Origin: an uncultured Chloroflexia bacterium
GTDB taxonomy: Bacteria; Chloroflexota; UBA6077; JACCZL01
Assembly (NCBI GenBank): GCA_963765765.1
Contig: CAVXYC010000011.1
Span: 1 to 64,000 of the forward strand
Reading direction: 5' to 3'
DNA length: 64,000 nt
Shown here: in pieces, positions 43,196 to 53,342 of the stretch
Layout: each line of letters starts with the position of its first letter
Position numbering within the stretch: position 1 is the stretch's first letter
Made by a program: the position numbers and the translations under genes
The notes under the pieces: model-generated
Database searches by the model: none
What the model was told of the DNA's origin: nothing
What the model saw: the letters and a program-made list of their open reading frames with translations, nothing else

Positions 43196-44111
43196 CTAAC
43201 GCGCCCCCGCTGGCTCGATGCGGGACCGAAGCGAGACGAGTCCTGACGGCTTCCAGCGTAAGAAGAGGATCACCAGCAGCAGCACCGCCGCCTTGCCCAC
43301 ATTCGCCGTACTGACGAATTCAAAGGTGGAGTTCACCAGGCCGATCGCGAGCGCCGCCAGGATAGTGCCTGGGAGCTGTCCTACTCCGCCCAGAACCACG
43401 ACCATGAACGCATCAACGATGTAGTACGTACCCAGCGCTGGACCGATTGGCCCGAGCAGCGTGAGCGCACAGCCGGCGATTCCCGCCAGCCCAGCCCCAA
43501 GACCAAAGGTGTTGGCGTCCACGGCGCGCGTGGTGACGCCCAGACAGGCCGCGATATCGCGATTCTGCATGACCGCGCGCATGCGCCGTCCCGCCGAGGA
43601 TTTATGCAAGATACGTGTAGATGGCCGCGACGCACAGGGCGACCAGCAGCACGATAAATAGTCGCTTGTAGGTAAATACCACGCCCGGCATCAGATCCAG
43701 TCCGCCACTGAGCCAGGGTGGGCTGACCACCTGGACGTTGGGCGCACCAAAGATGCTTCGCGCCGCCTGCTGGAGCATGAGCGCAACGCCCCACGTGGCC
43801 AGCAATGTGTCCAACGGTCGTCCGTACAGGTAGCGGATGAGCGTCTGTTCCAGACCCATACCAAGCCCGGCAGACAGCACGAATGCCACGGGTAACGCCA
43901 GCAAGAAGCTCAATCCCATTGAGTCGCCTGTGGCGCCGCCCATCATGTTTTGGAGCACAAATGGTACGTACGCCCCAATCATGATGAATTCCCCATGGGC
44001 CATATTAATGACGCCCATGAGGCCAAATGAAAAAGCAAGTCCCAGCGCCACGAGCAAGAGAATGGAAGCCACGCTGAGCCCGTTGAACGCCTGGGATAAA
44101 ACGATCTCCAT
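43196..44111 (-). CDS. urtB: Urea ABC transporter permease UrtB (frameshift near 43605)
   Basis: [51 protein letters not shown]. Confidence 0.92.
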
Positions 44112-44138
44112 TATCTCCGTCTCCCCGTTGGCCGAACG

Positions 44139-44228
44139 GCCAGTGAAGAGTCAAGAGTTTGGATGGCGCTTGGGGAAACCGATTCGATCTCCACAATCCC
44201 GGCTCTTCATTCTTGACTCTTCACTGGC
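44139..44228. repeat. Intergenic hairpin with 7-bp (GTGAAGA/GTCAAGA) units between urtA and urtB
   Basis: GCCAGTGAAGAGTCAAGA / TCTTGACTCTTCACTGGC. Confidence 0.8.
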
Positions 44229-44234
44229 GCGGCC

Positions 44235-45524
44235 TTACCGTCCCTTCTTCAGATCGGCTGCCCAGGAGTAGCCGTCCAGATACGGGTCGGGCTTGACCGG
44301 GCCGCCTGAATTCCAGACTTCGTCGAACTGACCGTCCGCTCGGACCTTGCCAATTCGGACCGTCTTCCAGACGTGCTGGTTCTTGTCATCTATTTTGACC
44401 GTGCCACCCGGGGCGTCGAACTCAAGGTTCTTGGCCGACTCTTTGACGGCGTCGACTTCAGTCGACTTGGCGGTCTCCACGGCCTTCTTCCAGAGATAGA
44501 CTCCGAAATAGCCAGCCTCGATCGGATCGTCAGTCACGCGGTTCGCGCCGAACTTCTCCTTGTACGCGGCGACGAACTTGTCGTTGGCAGGCGTCTTGGT
44601 GGTCTCGAAGTAATTCCAGGCCGTGAGATGGCCCAGCATATTGTCCGCGCCAATGCCGCGCACTTCCTCTTCCGCCACAGAGACGGAAAGCGTTTGCATC
44701 TGAGCGGTGGTGATGCCCGCGTCCTTGAGCTGCTTGAAGAACGCGACGTTGCTATCGCCGTTCAGCGTGTTGAAGACCACCTGCGGATTCGCCGCCTTGA
44801 TCTTGCTGATGACCGTCGAATAGTCGGTGTGGCCCAGCGGGGTGTATTCCTCACCTGCCAGCTCGCCACCTTCAGCCTTGAGCTGTGCCTTGATGATGTC
44901 GTTGGCCGTACGCGGGAAGACGTAGTCTGAGCCCAGGAGGTACATCTTCTTCATGTCGTTCTTGAGCAGGTAGTCCACCGCGGGGACGATCTGCTGATTC
45001 GTCGTTGCGCCCGTATAGAAGATGTTGGGCGACATCTCGAGGCCCTCGTACTGCACTGGGTAGAACAGCAGACCCTTGTTCTGCTCGAAGACTGGCAGTA
45101 CCGCCTTGCGGCTTGCAGATGTCCAACAGCCAAAGACCACGGCGACCTTGTCGTTGGTGATCAGCTTTCTGGCCTTTTCCGCGAATGTCGGCCAGTCCGA
45201 TGCGCCGTCCTCGATCACCGGAACCAGCTTCTTACCCATCACACCGCCGGCCGCGTTGATCTCGTCGATAGCGAGAAGGGTAGCGTCGCGGACAGACGTC
45301 TCACTGATGGCCATGGTGCCGCTCAGCGAGTGCAGAATGCCGACCTTAATCTCATCTCCGCCTGCGGCCGGTGCAGCAGCAGCCTTCTCGGCTGGCTTCG
45401 CGGCTTCCGCCGGCTTTGCAGTCGGGTTTGGTGCCGCCGCGGGCGCGCAGGCCACAAGCGCGGTGGCCACAATGGCCAGCAGGCTCAGCGCCGCGTATTG
45501 AAACCGAAACCGTTTCCGAGTCAT
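44235..45524 (-). CDS. urtA: Urea ABC transporter substrate-binding lipoprotein UrtA
   Basis: [68 protein letters not shown]. Confidence 0.96.
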   Translation of the reverse strand: MTRKRFRFQYAALSLLAIVATALVACAPAAAPNPTAKPAEAAKPAEKAAAAPAAGGDEIKVGILHSLSGTMAISETSVRDATLLAIDEINAAGGVMGKKLVPVIEDGASDWPTFAEKARKLITNDKVAVVFGCWTSASRKAVLPVFEQNKGLLFYPVQYEGLEMSPNIFYTGATTNQQIVPAVDYLLKNDMKKMYLLGSDYVFPRTANDIIKAQLKAEGGELAGEEYTPLGHTDYSTVISKIKAANPQVVFNTLNGDSNVAFFKQLKDAGITTAQMQTLSVSVAEEEVRGIGADNMLGHLTAWNYFETTKTPANDKFVAAYKEKFGANRVTDDPIEAGYFGVYLWKKAVETAKSTEVDAVKESAKNLEFDAPGGTVKIDDKNQHVWKTVRIGKVRADGQFDEVWNSGGPVKPDPYLDGYSWAADLKKGR

Positions 45525-45674
45525 CCCAGATCTTCCTCCTCATGTCCTTCGGTCGCTCCGCCCTAACGAGCTTCGGGCTCCGCAGCGTTTGTATGCAGCG
45601 ACCGAATTGGGTGTGAGCAGGATATGGGCTCGGTTGCGGGCTGATCCTGGGTCCGGGAGCACGAAGAGGTTGGC

Positions 45675-45704
45675 TGTGTTTTTGTACACAGCGTACAAAC
45701 CACA
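45675..45704. promoter_or_regulatory. Palindromic candidate operator upstream of the urt-ure operon
   Basis: TGTG..TTTGTAC-ACAGC-GTACAAA..CACA dyad in an AT-rich intergenic patch. Confidence 0.45.
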
Positions 45705-45853
45705 TAGATATCTCGATTGTGCGCTGCGTCTCGGCAAATGACACAGGGAGGAGTAAATACTCAGTACATTGGGAGGGCTGGTCGTGATACGGTCACGTGC
45801 GGACGGCACGGGGCCTGCTCTGCGTAGATCAGAGTCAACATTTAGGGGATCTC

Positions 45854-47576
45854 TTGGGCGACTTCAACACACTCGGACTGAGCGAGCCAACGCTGCGCGC
45901 GTTGGCGGACATGGAATTCGAAGAGGCCACGCCGGTCCAAGAGCAATCGATTCCGCTGCTGCTGGCGGGGCGAGACGTAGTGGCGCAGGCTCTGACCGGG
46001 ACTGGCAAGACGGCGGCGTTTGGCATCCCGATCGTGGAACGTGTCGAGGTCAGAGAAAAAACATCCTCAGGCCGTAGTCCTGACTCCTACACGCGAGCTA
46101 GCAATTCAGGTTACCGATCAGATCTGGGAAAATAGGTCGTCTGAAGGGCGTCTCGGCAGTCCCTATATATGGAGGGCAGCCGATTGGGCGGCAGCTCCAG
46201 ACGCTGCAGCGTGGAGTACACGTCATCGTGGCCACTCCCGGTCGCCTACTCGATCACATGCGACGGGAGTCGGTGGATCTCTCGGCGGTCTGCACCATCG
46301 TGCTCGACGAGGCCGACCAGATGCTGGACATGGGCTTCATCGAGGACATAGAGCTGGTCCTCGGGGCGCTACCGTCAGATCGCCTGATGGCGCTGTTTTC
46401 CGCGACGATGCCCGATCAGATCGTCGAGCTGGCCCGCCGCCACATGCGCGAGCCGGAGATCACCCAGCTCAGTCGGCCTCGTGGTCTCACGGTGCCGGAG
46501 ATCGATCAGGTCTATTACATCGTGCCGTTCCCTCGAAAGCTGGATGCATTGTGCCGCGTGCTGGACGCGCGTCAGCCGGTTCGCACCATGGTGTTCTGTG
46601 CGACCAAGCGTATGGTCGATGAGGTGGTCGAGGGGCTTCAGGCTCGCGGCTATCTTGCTGACGGCCTGCACGGAGACCACACCCAGGCCGCTCGTGAGAA
46701 GGTGCTGCGGACCTTCCGCTCGGGTCGAATCGAAGTACTCGTCGCTACGGACGTCGCGGCACGCGGGCTGGACATTCCCGAAGTGAGCCACGTTGTGAAC
46801 TTCGACATTCCGCCCGACCCTGAGTATTACGTCCATCGCATCGGGCGGACAGGCCGACTTGGCCGAAGTGGCGAAGCCATAACCTTTGTGAATCCACGGC
46901 AGATGCGCGAGCTGAAGGTTATAGAGCGCGTGACCGGCGCTCACATTCGTCGTGAGGAAGTACCGACGGTCGCGGAAGTCGAGGAGCGCGAGTTTCAAGC
47001 CCTGGAAGAGCGTCTCCAGGCGAGCCTGGCCAGTGGATCCTGGGGGCGTTACCGTTCAATGATCGAGGAGCTCGCCGACGAGCACGACCCGATCGATCTG
47101 GCAGCTGCGGCACTAGCCATGGCGGTGGATCGAGGTTCGGCTGATCGACGGGCACCGCGGTGCCGAGGACCCAGAACGGATCCAGGCACCGCGGGAGTCG
47201 ACGGACGCAGACCGAGCTTCCCCAGGACGAGCCGATTGAGCGGCCTGCCTGGCGACGAAATCGTCCCGCTGAGCCCGCCCGGAATGAGCGTCCCAAAAGG
47301 GCCTGGGGGCGAGGCGAGGAGGGACTTGATAGGCGGACAGGCGAGAGACCTGATAGGCGCACTGAGGTTGAAGCTGGCCCGCCGGTTCGGACAGAGCGTC
47401 GCCCCCGACGATCAGAAGCCGACGCCCCCGCGGAAGGAGCGCCGAAACGCGCCCGCGTGATCGCCCCAAGTTCCCGGGAAGCCGACGGGAAAGGGTCGCC
47501 CGCCCACTGGTGGCGGGGCCCGCAAGCCTCACCGCAAAGGCCCACCTCCAGCGGCCGCCGCGACAAGAAGCGGTAA
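45854..47576 (+). CDS. DEAD-box RNA helicase (frameshifts near 46040, 46130 and in the C-terminal tail)
   Basis: Q motif [54 protein letters not shown]; R/G-rich tail. Confidence 0.92.
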
Positions 47577-47968
47577 TTGCGAAACAGACCCACATCCCGC
47601 GAGGGACACCTCTGAGCGGGAAGACGGCGTGCGCAAGGCGTACGCCAAGGCTTCCAAATCAGCTCAGCAGTGGGTGGAGTCAGACGAGCTGGAGAACTAT
47701 GCCCGCGCCCTTGAGCTCGCCGAACGACGGCATCGCTTGAAGTGACGTCAAACTTTCTGAGGACAAATGGGGTGCCCAAACGGTTGCCCTTTTCTTTTGA
47801 CTGCGGCGGTGTTCGCTGCTGTCAAGCCGGCTGGAAGCCGAACGCGCTCAGCACTAAAAGCAGCGAAAACGGCGGCAGTCGAAAAAACTCTGCTCTCGAT
47901 ACCGAACCGACTTTATAGCGCGCTTTCGGCCCACCCCGTAACATCGGACGCTGCTCGCATTCACCAAT

Positions 47969-49168
47969 TTGGAAGGTCCATTGTTTTCTAGATTCGTTCT
48001 CGCGCTACGCGCGGGGCTCACTCCCGCTCTGCTCTGCGCCGCGTTGCTCGTGACCGCCTGCTCGCCCGCCGCGCCCACCCCTACCGCGGCGCCGGGAAAG
48101 ACCGATTCCGCGGCCACCGCCAAACCAGCCGCTTCTCCCGCTACGGCTTCGGCGGCCGCGTCACCGGCATCATCGCCGAGCGCGGCGAGCTCTTCTGCCC
48201 CGGTGGCAAATCGAGCCGCCGACGTTGCGTCCAAGCCGCTGGCCACGCTGCCAGACTTTCCCACCAAACCCATCGATATCGATCGTGCCGTACCTGCCTG
48301 GTGGTGCATTTCGATGCGCTTTGGCGGCAGATTGCGAATCCGCTCCAGCGCCAGCTCGGTCAGCCCGTGGTGGTGAAGAATGTTCCGAGCGGGGTACGCG
48401 CATCGGCGCTCGGCAGTTTCAGCAAACGCCTGCCGATGGTTACACCTTGATTTACCTCGGGGATACCAATCTCTACGCGAGCACGCTCGTAGAGCCTTGA
48501 GCGCTTTGACACGCAGAGCTGGGTCTGGGTGGCGGGCATCCGCCTTTCTGGCCGTTGTCAGTACCGGTAAAGACTCGCCGTTCAAAACGGCGCAGGACCT
48601 GGTAAATGCCGCGAAAGCCGGACAAGCGAATAAGGCTGCCCAACAATGGCCTGGGCGGCTATCTTGGAAGTCAAGTCCTCCTGGCCACCGCTCTGGGTGT
48701 GTCGAAAACGCGGTCCACGTGGGCGGATTTGGTGGGCCAGGCGACATGGCGCCATCGCTCATCAGGAACGAGACAGAGATCAGCCTCGGAACGCCGGTGA
48801 CGTCATGGATCGGGTTCTTCCAGACGGGCGACTCGCGACTACTCTTCGTCCCTGAGCCCGACCGTAATGCGCTGATTCCTGATGTGCCGACAGCTCGTGA
48901 GCTGAATCTGCCCAACGTCAATGATCTAGAGGTACTGGGCACCAGCACAGATGGATTCGCTGTTGGGCCCGGTACCCCGCCGGACCGCGTGCAGCTTCTG
49001 CAGGAAGCCACCTTGCGTGCGATGCAGGACCCCGAGTTCCTGACCTGGGCGCGCGAAAGCGGCACAGCCGACGATCTGCTGCCCTTGCCCGGGCGGAGTT
49101 CAAGTCACGCAAGGCGGCCGAATACAGCACTTATTTCAAGTACGTGGGCCAGATCAAGAAGGCCGTAA
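47969..49168 (+). CDS. Tripartite tricarboxylate transporter substrate-binding (Bug/TctC) lipoprotein (frameshifted)
   Basis: Lipobox VTAC plus AP linker; FPTKPI..IVPY.PGG, LGQPVVVKNVP, PADGYTL, PDVPTARE, PGTPPDRV. Confidence 0.8.
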
Positions 49169-49233
49169 GCTAAACGATCAGTGCTGGGCCGCGCAGGAAG
49201 CGGCCCAGCATTTGCCACAATTGCCCTTGAAGT

Positions 49234-50322
49234 GTGACTCCACATCGTCCCGATTCTCCGAGGGCCCGCGCGGAACTGAAGTACTACCGGCTGGCCACCG
49301 TGCGCGATGTGGACGGCGCCAGCTATCTCGAGACCTTCCTGGTATCAGCGGTCGCATCAATACTGCTGATTCGTCTCTACCTCGAGCTCACAGACTATCC
49401 GCAGATCGGCGGCGGCGGGCTGCACATTGCCCACGTGCTCTGGGGCGGCTTCCTCATGCTGCTCGCCCTGGTGCTATTGCTCGGATTTCTGGGCAAGCAT
49501 GTCAAACGCGCCGCCGCCGTGGTAGGCGGAGTCGGCTTCGGCGCATTCATCGACGAGTTGGGGAAATTCATCACCAGCGACAACGACTACTTCTATCGTC
49601 CCACGGCCGCGCTCATCTACGTGATTTTCATTGGGCTGGTCTTGCTCTTTCGCTGGATCGAGCAGCGCCGACATCATTCGCGTCTAGAGCTCCTGGTGAA
49701 TTCCGCTGACATGTTGAAAGAGGTCATCATCGATGGCGCGCGGAGCGATGAGATAATCCGAGCGCTAGCACTTCTAGAGCAAGTCGGCGAGGATACCGAG
49801 CTAACTCGTGCACTTCGGCAAGTGGTACTCAGCGCGGATCGTGCGCCTGATCACCCGCCATCCATCCCCACGCGAGCGGCACTTCGCATGCGCAGCCTGT
49901 ACGAGCGACTGCTCGTACATCACTGGTTTCAGAGAGCGCTTCTGCTCATCTTTGTCGGCAATGCTGCGAGCGGTGTGGTCGTGGTGGGACTCGTACTTGT
50001 TCAAGGCTCAGACATGTTATTCAGCAGCGAGGTGCGCTCATTCACGGCCATGGGCCAGGCGAGCTCAGCAGCGATAGTCTGGAGCCTGGCCGTGGTCGGG
50101 ACGTTGCGACTTCGCCATTCCAGACTAGCCGCCTTCGGATGGTTCAAACGCTCCGTACTCGCTACGATTTTCTTCGTCCAGGTATTCCTATTCATGCAAA
50201 ACCAGCCAATCGCCCTTGCCGGTCTCCTTGCCAACCTGGTGCTTCTGGGGGGTGTCAATGCGCTTATTCGAGCCGAACGAATTCGACGTGCAGAACACGG
50301 TGATCTTACGGCAACGAGGTAG
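49234..50322 (+). CDS. Conserved hypothetical integral membrane protein
   Basis: About 8 TM segments; GYPQIGGG-like YPQIGGGGLHIAHVLWGG and GFGAFIDELGKFITSDNDYFYRP motifs. Confidence 0.75.
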   Translation: MTPHRPDSPRARAELKYYRLATVRDVDGASYLETFLVSAVASILLIRLYLELTDYPQIGGGGLHIAHVLWGGFLMLLALVLLLGFLGKHVKRAAAVVGGVGFGAFIDELGKFITSDNDYFYRPTAALIYVIFIGLVLLFRWIEQRRHHSRLELLVNSADMLKEVIIDGARSDEIIRALALLEQVGEDTELTRALRQVVLSADRAPDHPPSIPTRAALRMRSLYERLLVHHWFQRALLLIFVGNAASGVVVVGLVLVQGSDMLFSSEVRSFTAMGQASSAAIVWSLAVVGTLRLRHSRLAAFGWFKRSVLATIFFVQVFLFMQNQPIALAGLLANLVLLGGVNALIRAERIRRAEHGDLTATR

Positions 50323-50400
50323 CACTGGTGAACGCGCAACGATGATATGCAACTCCCAACGCTCCAACGCCGTCTTACGAATACGAGGAGGACTCGTCTG

Positions 50401-51634
50401 ATGACCATACCCGCGCAAGGAGCGGATTCAACCAGCGATGAGCTGGTGCTGCATCCACCCTCGCCAGTCGGCCCAGTAAGGCCCGAGCAAGTCGCCGCGG
50501 TCCGAGTTGACGACGCTACCGCTGAACAGATTTCCACCGCGGTCCGAACCTACGTGGAGTCGCTCACCTCACTGGAGGCGCAATCGCCCGAGTTCGAGCA
50601 CAAAGTCACAGCGATCAGTCGTATGGGCAATGATGAGATTCGACGCTCATCCGAGGCATCAACCGATTTCTGGATCGGCCCACCACGCGCTCAAGGACGG
50701 GCCGCTCTCACAGGGCTCTGAGGTATCATCGGCACTCCTCTCACTTCGTCAACAAATAGAGAGTCTGGACCCGTCTCGTCACCTGGGCAACCGTCGAGGC
50801 ATCTTCAGTCGACTTACTATGCGGGACGAGGTGGGAACATATTTCCGCAAGTACCAGTCAGCGCAATCGCAGATTGAGGCCATTGTCAATAGCCTGTACC
50901 GAGGCCAAGACGAGCTGCTACGCGATAACGCCGCGCTGGAGCAGGAGAAAGCGCATCTCTGGGAGATGAAGCGCCGCCTGGAACAGTATTCATACATGGC
51001 CGGGAAGCTTGACGAGGCGCTAGAAACTGAGGTCCAGCAGATCTCGATCGAAGACCCTCAGAAAGCACGCGCACTGAAAGAGGATGCCCTCTTCTACGTG
51101 CGTCAGAAACGTCAAGACTTACTCACACAGCTCTCGGTCACAGTGCAGGGTTACCTGGCACTGGACCTCATCCGAAGGAATAACCTGGAGCTGGTCAAGG
51201 GAGTAGAGCGGGCAACGACAACCACGGTCTCGGCCCTCCGCACAGCGGTCATCGCTGCGCTCGCCCTGGGAAACCAGCGCCTGGTGCTTGATCAGATCAC
51301 CGCGCTCAACAGCACGACAGGCAACATCATTCAGTCCACCTCGGAGATGTTGCGACAACAATCGGCCGAGATTCAGAATCAGGCCGCCAGCTCTACAGTG
51401 GACGTCAAACAGCTGCAGTCAGCCTTCGACAACATCTATGCGACAATTGATGCAATCGACACCTTCAAGCTGTCGGCGCTGGACTCAATGAAGACGACGA
51501 TCGACGCGCTCACCAAGGAGGTGGCGCGTGCCCAGACCCACGTGGAGCGAGCACGAGCATCCGAGCTGGCTCAGCTCCGGGCCGAAACGATGCAGCAGGA
51601 GCTTGTGTTGCCAGCTGAGAAGGGTGCCGCGTGA
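50401..51634 (+). CDS. Toxic anion resistance protein (TelA family; frameshift near 50665)
   Basis: LRQQIESLDP, YFRKYQSAQSQI, GQDELLRDNAA, LDLIRRNNLELVKGVERA.TTTVSALRTAV. Confidence 0.88.
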
Positions 51635-51766
51635 CGGACTACGATAACAGTGCCCCATCCCGTGAGGGGGCGGCTTTCCCGGGAGCCCAACAGACCCTCC
51701 GACCGGGATATCTACGAAGAACCGCACCCCAGGGACGCGGCTCTGTTAGCGAGAGGTCATTAGACC

Positions 51767-52450
51767 ATGTGGTTACTACTATTCCCACTCCTGCTCGTGA
51801 CCATTGTGCTCTCGATGATCCTGGGCACAGCGGCAATATTCGTGACCGTAGCCAGGGATATGCCCGTCCTCCTGATCGCGCTAGGCGCCTGGATCGTATG
51901 GCGGGCTAATCGCCCAAGCTCACATCGCCGCGCGTATCGTTACGGGCATCGCCAATGGCGATACGAGGCGGATCAACGGCGACCCGAGGCTGGTCGCATC
52001 ATCGAGCATGACACCGTAAAACCGCCCGCGGTCGGACCCGCCGCAGCGACCCCGATTCAGAGGCCGAGGGGGGAGCTGCCCATCGATGTGCAAGTGATGG
52101 TGGAGCAGATCACGCGCAAGGCGGATGTCCTACAGGGCTATGCAGATCGCTTTCCTCCCATGTCACAGGACTTGCACATCGTTCGGCAGACGGCGGCTGA
52201 CTATCTCCCCAGAACGGTTAACGCATACCTGGCGTTACCGAGCGATGACGATCCGTTCGACATCACCACCAATGAGGAGGCGCTGCAGGAGCTTCGCAAC
52301 CAGCTACGGTTGCTGGACGTGAAACTTGACGAGATCGCGCAGGATCTTCAGCGTCAGGACATGGATCGTCTTCTTGCGAACCGACGGTTCCTCGAAGAAC
52401 GATTCCGTCCACGCGAATTAGAAGAGCCAGCAGGAAGCGGCAAAAGCTAG
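51767..52450 (+). CDS. Hypothetical membrane-anchored protein, XpaC-like partner of TelA (5' end probably frameshifted from 51631)
   Basis: Two TM helices; VRQTAADYLPRTVNAYLALP...QL.LLD.KLDEI...LLANRRFLEERF helical domain. Confidence 0.65.
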   Translation: MWLLLFPLLLVTIVLSMILGTAAIFVTVARDMPVLLIALGAWIVWRANRPSSHRRAYRYGHRQWRYEADQRRPEAGRIIEHDTVKPPAVGPAAATPIQRPRGELPIDVQVMVEQITRKADVLQGYADRFPPMSQDLHIVRQTAADYLPRTVNAYLALPSDDDPFDITTNEEALQELRNQLRLLDVKLDEIAQDLQRQDMDRLLANRRFLEERFRPRELEEPAGSGKS

Positions 52451-52453
52451 CAG

Positions 52454-52575
52454 AAGCTCCTGTGCTTCTGCCTTTGGCCTTTGGCCTTTGGGAGAGGGTT
52501 GGGTCGAGACGAGGGGATCTCCAGCGCCTCTCATCCTCGCTCCAGCCCTCTCCCAAAGGCCAAAGGCAGGAGCTT
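52454..52575. repeat. Hairpin combining (CCTTTGG)n heptamers with GGGAGAGGG/CCCTCTCCC cores between convergent genes
   Basis: GCCTTTGGCCTTTGGGAGAGGG / CCCTCTCCCAAAGGCCAAAGGC. Confidence 0.85.
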
Positions 52576-53135
52576 TAGCGCCGACCTAGCAGCGCTAGCA
52601 GCTTCGCCTGAGGGCTCGCATCGGGTCCCACGTCCAGGTTTTCCCCGAAGATACCCGCGCTACGCCATTGCTCGCTGATTAGCTCGGCGATCGGCAAGCA
52701 GGCCTGAACCAGATCCGCGTCAAGCGTTGCATCTTGCCCGCTGCCGACAGCAATGTCCCAGCCGTGAACAAGCGTATCCAGGAAGAGCTGCGACGCGTAC
52801 TCCGACCCCGGAAAATCACCGAACGAAAGATGGCAAACGGCATCCATTGCTCCAGATGCCTCGGCCGCGGCGGCGGCCAGTGGAACCGAGCGCGCGTACG
52901 CAATAGCAGGGTCATTTCCGACGATGTCGCCGTCCAGCCTGTCTCCAACGTCCGCCATCGTCTTACCCTGGAAAATCTCCGCCGCCCAGAGATTCTCACC
53001 CACGATGTGATTTACTACATCGCGAACATTCCACTCCGTGCAGGGTGTAGCGGATGTCCACTGATCAGGACGCACGTTTGCAATGATTTGCTCGGTCCTG
53101 CGCATGGCCTGCGCATAAAGCTGCCCGGTCGTCAT
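52575..53135 (-). CDS. TIGR03086-like metal-binding protein (MDMPI/DinB superfamily)
   Basis: ATPCTEWNVRDVVNH, LVHGWDIA, LLALLGR; GGAGG RBS. Confidence 0.88.
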   Translation of the reverse strand: MTTGQLYAQAMRRTEQIIANVRPDQWTSATPCTEWNVRDVVNHIVGENLWAAEIFQGKTMADVGDRLDGDIVGNDPAIAYARSVPLAAAAAEASGAMDAVCHLSFGDFPGSEYASQLFLDTLVHGWDIAVGSGQDATLDADLVQACLPIAELISEQWRSAGIFGENLDVGPDASPQAKLLALLGRR

Positions 53136-53342
53136 GCCGCCTCCTACTGCATCAGCCATAGAGTCCGCCTTTTCTGAGCTGCGCTCACCGCGACTCCATT
53201 GTAGTGCGCTTCCCATCAGCTCCCTCGCCCTTTGGGTGAGGGGGGCTGAATGGAGAGGGCCTCGGCAGGATCGGGGAGCCGGTTGCGTGGCCCAGGGCCT
53301 AGCGGATCGTTATGCTCATGCAGGACCACGAAGGACAATCAT

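Noticed and set aside
36393-44111. Frameshifts in ureB, ureC, ureG and urtB as pseudogenisation or programmed frameshifting
   Set aside because: Protein motifs are intact on both sides of each break and indels occur throughout the read; sequencing error is more parsimonious.
45525-45800. Guanidine-I riboswitch or GlnR/NtcA box upstream of the urea transporter
   Set aside because: The conserved blocks are not found and the dyad spacing does not fit.
47581-47745. Start-less coding-like stretch (EDGVRKAYAKASKSAQQWVESDELENYARALELAERRHRLK) followed by a terminator-like hairpin
   Set aside because: No recognisable family; it may be a gene remnant or part of the frameshifted helicase tail and cannot be resolved here.
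47795-47888. Imperfect inverted repeat upstream of the Bug gene as a MITE
   Set aside because: Several mismatches, no target-site duplication and no second copy in the window.
50401-52450. TelA plus XpaC-like pair as a novel system
   Set aside because: This is a known gene pair; only the order (telA first) is mildly atypical.
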